Shown here one piece after another: positions 62,971 to 64,000 of a DNA stretch of 64,000 nt. The stretch comes from Hypanus sabinus (Eukaryota): assembly GCF_030144855.1 (NCBI RefSeq), contig NC_082733.1, positions 31,744,001-31,808,000 on the forward strand, written 5' to 3'. Each line of letters starts with the position of its first letter. The stretch's first letter is position 1. Made by a program: the position numbers and the translations under genes. The notes beneath the pieces are model-generated. The model did not search any database and was not told where the DNA came from. It saw only the letters and a program-made list of their open reading frames with translations.

Positions 62971-64000
62971 AACATAGCCAACAGTACCTGCAGTACTTGC
63001 ATTCTATGACATGAAACATAACACTTCCAACTAATACCCATGTGATCACGTACATATAAAAAACAAGCAACCAAGTTCTGCAGATGATTTAATATTTCGA
63101 GTTATTACTACTCCCTGTACATGAATTTAAAAACCCGTGAAGTACACTCAGAAAAAAAACTAAGCACTGTAGGCAATAAATAAGCACATTCAGTCCAGTA
63201 TGTGAAGCGTGGGTGTGGTTAGTGAAGAAAAGATTTTGAAAAGATATTTTAATAAAGAAGAGGAGAAACAAGATTGGAGCTAAAACATCACATAGCTGGA
63301 GGGGTGTTCTGTGAATTTTACATGTGAACCAACAAAATTAGGCCTTGGATAGAACATTCTAAAATAGAAAATAAGGGTATGAGAAGGCTATTAGGTCCTT
63401 CGAAATGTCTAGCCCATATAATATAATCACCACTGATTATCTAAATGTGTTACCTTATTCCAGCTTTCTTCCAATATCTCTTAAACCCTTTAGCCCAAAG
63501 GACAGCATCCAGCATGTTTTAAGTGTGGCCTCATGCTGTGCAGTTTGCCTCTTTTCCAAAGAGTCAGTGGGAAAGTGGTAAGTTAATGGGAACAAAAAAA
63601 AATACTCAGGGCTGACGCTTCACTAGGAAAGCATTTGCTCTAAACAGAGTTCTAGCATTAAATAATAAACCACTCTGTCTCTGGAGATAAAATGAAGTGC
63701 GGAATGCTGTCTTTGAAATTGCTGGTTTAGATTTTGTCAGACGAAAACTTATCGAGCAGACAATGACGTCAACATCATTGACATGGTGGCCTCTCACTGT
63801 AGTAAACATAATTAACAGCAACCGATGAAACAGGTTCTCCAATAAGAGCAGAGAAGGTTGGAAATACTATGTACATCAAGCAGCTTCTGACGAGAGAGAA
63901 AAACAGAGCAAGCACCCCAGGTCAATCAACTCTCATCAGAACTGGAGAGCTCTATCACAAATTAGAAGCTTACTTCTCTGAATTTGCTGAATCCAATGTT

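Noticed and set aside
63606-63842. 78-aa - strand ORF
   Set aside because: Non-ATG start, no homology recognised, no splice support.

Overview
Eukaryotic (vertebrate) genomic DNA; the repeat landscape suggests a cartilaginous fish such as a ray (inference). The window holds the conserved MRPL46-MRPS11-DET1 block. MRPL46 coding exon 1 (- strand) lies head-to-head with a complete 6-exon MRPS11 (+, 600-nt CDS, 199 aa). That gene is convergent with a complete DET1 (-, 4 coding exons, 1659 nt, 552 aa, plus a probable non-coding first exon near 48.25-48.5 kb). All coding splice junctions are GT-AG and phase-consistent. The rest is mostly decayed transposons: CR1, L1, Rex1-like and RTE-derived LINE/SINE fragments, V-SINEs, Penelope-like elements with hammerhead-ribozyme motifs, Tc1/mariner and hAT elements. 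Most notable: (1) two ~470-bp Tc1-TIR mini-hairpin + captured-DNA elements that are circular permutations of each other around the palindrome CAGTACTG, with the full-length cognate Tc1 in the same window; (2) small palindromic, TSD-flanked Penelope derivatives centred on a minimal hammerhead motif; (3) a DET1 5' leader with uORFs and a 41-bp VNTR; (4) multi-level nested insertions. Family assignments come from recalled motifs, not database searches.
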